Source: an uncultured Gemmatimonadales bacterium
GTDB lineage: Bacteria; Gemmatimonadota; Gemmatimonadetes; Gemmatimonadales; Gemmatimonadaceae
Length of the DNA stretch: 64,000 nt
Reading direction: 5' to 3'
Assembly (NCBI GenBank): GCA_963805725.1
Contig: CAWDVJ010000002.1
Coordinates: 3,545-67,544, forward strand
The notes under the pieces were generated by a model, which was not told the origin of the DNA, made no database searches, and saw nothing but the letters and a program-made list of their open reading frames with translations. A program made the position numbers and the translations under genes. Positions 60,312 to 64,000 of the stretch are shown here, piece by piece (the stretch's first letter is position 1; each line of letters opens with the position of its first letter).

Positions 60312-60974
60312 AGCAGCGCCACCTCGGTCACGTCCCTGCCCTCTCCTTTGGAGAACTGATACAGGCCTCCTCGCACCCGCTCCCAGCTCGCTCCTCGGCC
60401 GCGACCCGTTCTACATCACGCCGCTGATCCCGTTGTTCGGCACCATACCCATGGCGATAGCGCTCGCGGCGCTCTGGCGCTCTCCGACGCTCCGCGACGT
60501 ACTCGAGGCGGCGTCGCTCCCAGCGCTGATTGGGGTGCAGTTCTACCGGACCATCGGCGTTGTGTTCCTGATTCTCTTGGCGCAGAAGCAGCTTCCCGGC
60601 TACTTCGCGCTGCCCGCCGGCTCGGTAATGTCGCGATCGGGCTCGCTGCGCCGCTGGTGGCGCTGGCGCTCGCGCGCGGAGTCCCGGGCGCTCCCATGAT
60701 GGCGATCGCGTGGAACGGGCTTGGCCTCGTGGACTTGCTGGGAGCCGTCGGGACGGGGTTCCTCGCGCCCGTCCTGGCGCCACATCTGGGCCCTCGCGCG
60801 CCCGCGGCCGCGCTGGGGGTCCTTCCGCTGCTACTAGTGCCTGCTTTCGCGGTACCGATCGCGGTGCTGCTCCACCTGCTTGCCATCCGTGGATCGCTCC
60901 GGGAGGTCCATCTCCGGCCGGCGCAATTGCGCAGCGGGCCAAGGTCAGCACCGCAGCTATCTACTCGATCGTGA
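60312..60974 (+). CDS. hypothetical polytopic membrane protein; at least 1 frame change, 5' end unclear
   Basis: RDPFYITPLIPLFGTIPMAIALAALW and ALIGVQFYRTIGVVFLILLAQKQLPGYFALPAG, then from ~60620 in the frame of 60657..60974 (MMAIAWNGLGLVDLLGAVGTGFLAP, LLLVPAFAVPIAVLLHLLAI). Confidence 0.55.
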
Positions 60975-61095
60975 ACCCCACGCGTCGACACCTACCGCCG
61001 GCCACAATGCTACGCACGACGGCCGTTCTGTTCCGGGAATATGTCTCACGACTCGCAGTCGAGAATGATCATGCTGGTTCTACCCCTCAACGAGA

Positions 61096-61965
61096 GTGAG
61101 TATGTCCAAAACAATCCTGATCACCGGCGCTAGCAGCGGCTTTGGCCGTGACACGGCGGGAACCCTGTTCCGCGCAGGCCACACTGTTTACGCCTCCATG
61201 CGCGGCGCGCAGGGCAAGAATCGAGAGGCCGCCGAGGCCCTGGGGAAGCTTGGCATCAAGACCGTGGAATTGGACGTTAACGACGACGCGTCCGTCGAAG
61301 CGGGCGTCAAGAAAGTGCTCGCTGAGGCCGGCAAGATCAATGTGCTGGTCAACAACGCCGGCATCGCATCGGTCGGCGTAACCGAAGCCTTCACAGCGGA
61401 GCAGGCCAAGGTCATCTTCGACACGAATGTCATCGGGCTGCTTCGCGTCACCCGCGCCGTGCTCCCCTCCATGCGCCAGAAGCACAATGGCCTGATCATC
61501 AACATCGGCTCGGTCCTCGGCCGCGTGACGTTCCCCTTCTTGGGGATCTATGGCGCGAGCAAGTTTGCCGTCGAAGCGCTGACCGACAGCCTTCGGTACG
61601 AAGTCTCGCAACTCGGCGTCGAAGTCGTGGAGGTGCAGCCGAGCGGTTACCCGACCAACTTTTTCGCCAGCATTCAGACGCCCGCCGGTACCGACGTGAC
61701 GAAGTCCTATAGCGAGGTCGGGCAGATCCCCGACGCCATGTTCAAGAGCTTCATGTCGAGGTTCGAGGGCAAGGACGCCCCGAATCCGCACGATGTCGCG
61801 GAGGCCGTCGCCAAGCTCGTGGGTCAGTCCAAGGGCAGCCGCGCTACCCGCACCGTCGTTGGCGCGCCGGCGTATGGTTCCGACAAGGCCAACGAGGACG
61901 TCGCGCCTGTCCAGGCGAAGGTGGTCGAGGCCCTGGGCCTCAGCCATCTCGAAAAAGTCGCGTGA
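61096..61965 (+). CDS. SDR family oxidoreductase
   Basis: KTILITGASSGFGRDTA, NNAGIA, YGASKFAVEAL. ATG 61102 is an alternative start. Confidence 0.9.
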   Translation: MSMSKTILITGASSGFGRDTAGTLFRAGHTVYASMRGAQGKNREAAEALGKLGIKTVELDVNDDASVEAGVKKVLAEAGKINVLVNNAGIASVGVTEAFTAEQAKVIFDTNVIGLLRVTRAVLPSMRQKHNGLIINIGSVLGRVTFPFLGIYGASKFAVEALTDSLRYEVSQLGVEVVEVQPSGYPTNFFASIQTPAGTDVTKSYSEVGQIPDAMFKSFMSRFEGKDAPNPHDVAEAVAKLVGQSKGSRATRTVVGAPAYGSDKANEDVAPVQAKVVEALGLSHLEKVA

Positions 61966-61976
61966 TGAATCGTTCT

Positions 61977-62000
61977 GGGTCGGCGGCAGGCCGCCGACCC
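61977..62000 (+). terminator. GC hairpin after the SDR gene
   Basis: GGGTCGGCGGC-ag-GCCGCCGACCC, an 11-nt perfect inverted repeat starting 12 nt after the stop. Confidence 0.6.
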
Positions 62001-62192
62001 CGCTTCACCCACAGCAGGGAAATCCGCAGCTCCCGGCCGGCATACCTGTCGACGTGAGCGCGTTCGTTGTGGCATCCGAACGCGCCGTGAAGGAGCAACC
62101 CTTCATCCCCGCCAGTATTGCGGTGTGCGCCGTGAAGGCTGTGATCGAGGCGCCATTTCTATTTGGGATGCACGACCGCTGAACGGCCCCGC

Positions 62193-62493
62193 TCATCGAC
62201 CGTCTTCGCTACCCGAACCACATTGCGCCAGAGTGTCGGCCGCACTGCAAAACGCGGCGGCCTTTTCCCGGGCCGCAGTCACGTTCGGCGGCTGTTCTCC
62301 GAGCAGCTTCATCAGGTCGCGCTGCAGCCCTAGCACCGACTGAGTCGCCCGACGATCTCGGCATTGCGTGGTACTTCTCGACGGCCTCGTCGCGCAGCTC
62401 CTCGCGGGCGAGCGACTTGAGGACGCGACGTCGGTGCTTTGTCAGCCAAGCCAGCGTACCTCGCGATTCATCGGCGTCGCTCGCTCGTGGCAC
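62193..62493 (-). CDS. hypothetical protein; 1 frame change
   Basis: TLAWLTKHRRRVLKSLAREELRDEAVEKYHA, then in another frame TQSVLGLQRDLMKLLGEQPPNVTAAREKAAAFCSAADTLAQCGSGSEDGR-stop. No family recognised. Confidence 0.35.
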
Positions 62494-62729
62494 AGGTCAG
62501 CGAGGTACTCGGCCAGATCGTCGTCTGTGGTGACAAAGTCCGGCACGAGGAGATCCGTCGCCACGCGTCGTTTTCCATCACCACCTGGATAGAAAAGCAC
62601 CCATCTCGCGCCCTGTCGCTCGGCGAGCAGCCGCTCTCCGTAAACCTCGATTTCGCGCATCAACTCAACGATACACGCGAAACGTTTTCGGTCTAGCGAA
62701 GTGCCCGGTGGGCGGCCAGTACGCGCCAT
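62442..62729 (-). CDS. small hypothetical protein (about 72-95 aa)
   Basis: MREIEVYGERLLAERQGARWVLFYPGGDGKRRVATDLLVPDFVTTDDDLAEYLADLCHERATPMNREVRWLG. I recall short conserved hypothetical proteins of this shape (…dGkrr…viP…l.eeel..yL.D..HE.A.p) but cannot name the family. Confidence 0.45.
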   Translation of the reverse strand: MARTGRPPGTSLDRKRFACIVELMREIEVYGERLLAERQGARWVLFYPGGDGKRRVATDLLVPDFVTTDDDLAEYLADLCHERATPMNREVRWLG

Positions 62730-62885
62730 CGGGTGCCCGAAGCATCGGCGGTGGGCTTAACGCCAATGTCCCAATGCAGCGTTGAGACCCACAACGCCGT
62801 CTTGCTGCGGGGCAGGGTGAAGGTATCGCATCGCCATAGTGATTCGGAGCCTCGCCCGCCGGCTCGCCCTCGCCGTTCAGGCAGT

Positions 62886-63149
62886 TCAACCATCACGTTT
62901 CCTGAGCCCCAAGTGATGTAAATATCGCCGCGGATCTGCGAGAAATCCCCTCGTCAGCGCCACGTGATCCAGGTCGTCGTACGCCACCGCGGCAACAGGC
63001 ACACGATCGAATGAATAGATTGTTGCGCCGGGAAGAGCGAGCAGAATTGGGGAATGCGTGGCGATGATGAATTGCACGCCTTCCGCGACCATGTCGGCGA
63101 GAGCGAGTTCCATTCCTGCGCCGGCCACGCCGACATGTAAGGGCGGCAT
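62886..63149 (-). pseudogene. C-terminal third of an AAA/ABC-type ATPase (SMC-like ATP-binding protein) gene
   Basis: GMELALADMVAEGVQFIIATHSPILLALPGATIYSFDRVPVAAVAYDDLDHVALTRGFLADPRRYLHHL is the D-loop/H-loop end of small AAA family ATPases. No Walker A part is found upstream. Confidence 0.6.
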
Positions 63150-63302
63150 TCATGCATGCCGCCCGTTCCACCGTCCAGAGCCCAGCCTCCGGCATCTAGT
63201 GTCCATAGCCGCCCGGTATGGCCTCATTCGGAACAAAGTATTGGCGACCGCTTCCCGAGCGCTCCTAGCTTGTTATCGGATACCTGTAACCCTGGAGCGT
63301 TC

Positions 63303-64000
63303 ATGACTCGACACCCAATGCCGGCCGTCGACGGACGTGGCGGCCCCGCTCGCTGGATCCGAATTCTTATCGTCCCGGTGTCGATCGCCATCGGCGCCTG
63401 TTTCGGCGTCCCAACAGGCGACGCCTGGAACGGCCCGCCGTTCTCCGCAGATCTGGTCGATCTTCGCAATGGCGGCGGCCGAGTGCCCACGCACGTCTAC
63501 GTCGGTGTCGGCAGGCTGCGCATGGAGTCCGCGGAACCTGGAAAGACGACCGCGTTCATCTTCGATCCGCAAAAGGGCACCTTGCTGGTGATCGACAAGG
63601 AAGCGAAGACGTATATCGACGCCGGCATGTTTTCGTCGCTAGCCGCCGCCGAGATGACACCAATGCTTCGCCTTTTCCGGCCTGCGCAGATGGCGATCCA
63701 TGCACCACGTGGAATGGTACCGTCAATCAGTTCGCGGCCTTTACGAAGCACTCCGGGACGCCACCGCATTTCTCGTGTACTCCCGTGGGAACCGACATCG
63801 TGAGCGGGCGACCAGCACACAAATGGTCCGTTGTGGCGACGGGTCGCACCGACGATTCGCATAATCAGTCAACGGTGTGGATCGACGACCGCCTCCACAT
63901 TCTCACCAAGTCCACAGACGCCAACGGTTCAATGGAGATGCGCAACGTGCGAGAGGGCGCGCCGTCCGCTGACCTGTTCGTGGCCCCCACCGATTACAAG
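63303..64000 (+). CDS. secreted hypothetical protein (LolA-like/DUF4412-like), 3'-partial at the window edge; 1 frame change
   Basis: ATG 63303. TM/signal WIRILIVPVSIAIGACFG. RLRMESAEPGKTTAFIFDPQKGTLLVIDKEAKTYID. From ~63685 it continues in another frame (DGDPCTTWNGTVNQFAAF, AHKWSVVATGRTDDSHNQSTVWIDDRLHILTKS) to the end of the window. Confidence 0.6.

Noticed and set aside
1-64000. Programmed ribosomal frameshifting or transcriptional slippage as the explanation for the many frame changes
   Set aside because: The changes occur in unrelated genes, in both directions, at non-conserved positions and without slippery heptamers. Several are simple homopolymer length differences. Sequencing or assembly error, or pseudogenisation, is far more likely.
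1-64000. Prophage, transposon or integron content
   Set aside because: No integrase, transposase, terminase, capsid or attC-like features were recognisable in any frame. The only mobile-element hints are the repeat family and the tRNA half-site.

Overview
64-kb high-GC bacterial segment. Sampled 60-nt lines give about 58-63 % G+C in most of the window and 77-82 % in two blocks (1-4390 and about 17000-20400). I can support about 55 protein-coding genes or gene remnants. There is no rRNA, no intact tRNA (only one tRNA-Ile 3' half), no CRISPR, and no recognisable transposase, integrase, phage gene or transcription factor. Content is mostly secreted or periplasmic hydrolases and transporters: 2 M61-PDZ aminopeptidases, 2 AstE/AspA-type deacylases, 4 alpha/beta hydrolases, an amidase, GH116 plus GH172/DUF2961, and 4 MFS transporters. 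There are also small redox/detox enzymes (AKR, 2 SDR, 2 VOC, SnoaL-like, DinB, YciI), a split NHEJ pair (LigD polymerase domain plus ATP-dependent ligase), mreB and cysK. The family mix suggests a soil Gemmatimonadota/Acidobacteriota-like genome; this is inference only. Most notable observations: (i) a two-gene cassette, DUF305 plus a secreted LVIVD-like beta-propeller, occurs three times: one copy intact, one with 1-2 frame changes, one riddled with them. (ii) A family of ~150-nt nested-hairpin intergenic repeats (5 copies between 40.4 and 59.7 kb) is attached to 5' stubs of four-helix-bundle (23S-IVS-type) genes and, once, to a tRNA-Ile 3' half. (iii) An orphan 727-aa lipoprotein has its RBS plus signal-peptide region tandemly duplicated. 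(iv) The density of frame changes is very uneven and tracks G+C, which means either an assembly/polishing artefact or decay of two high-GC islands. Coordinates of frameshifted genes are envelopes that join the ORF-track pieces.
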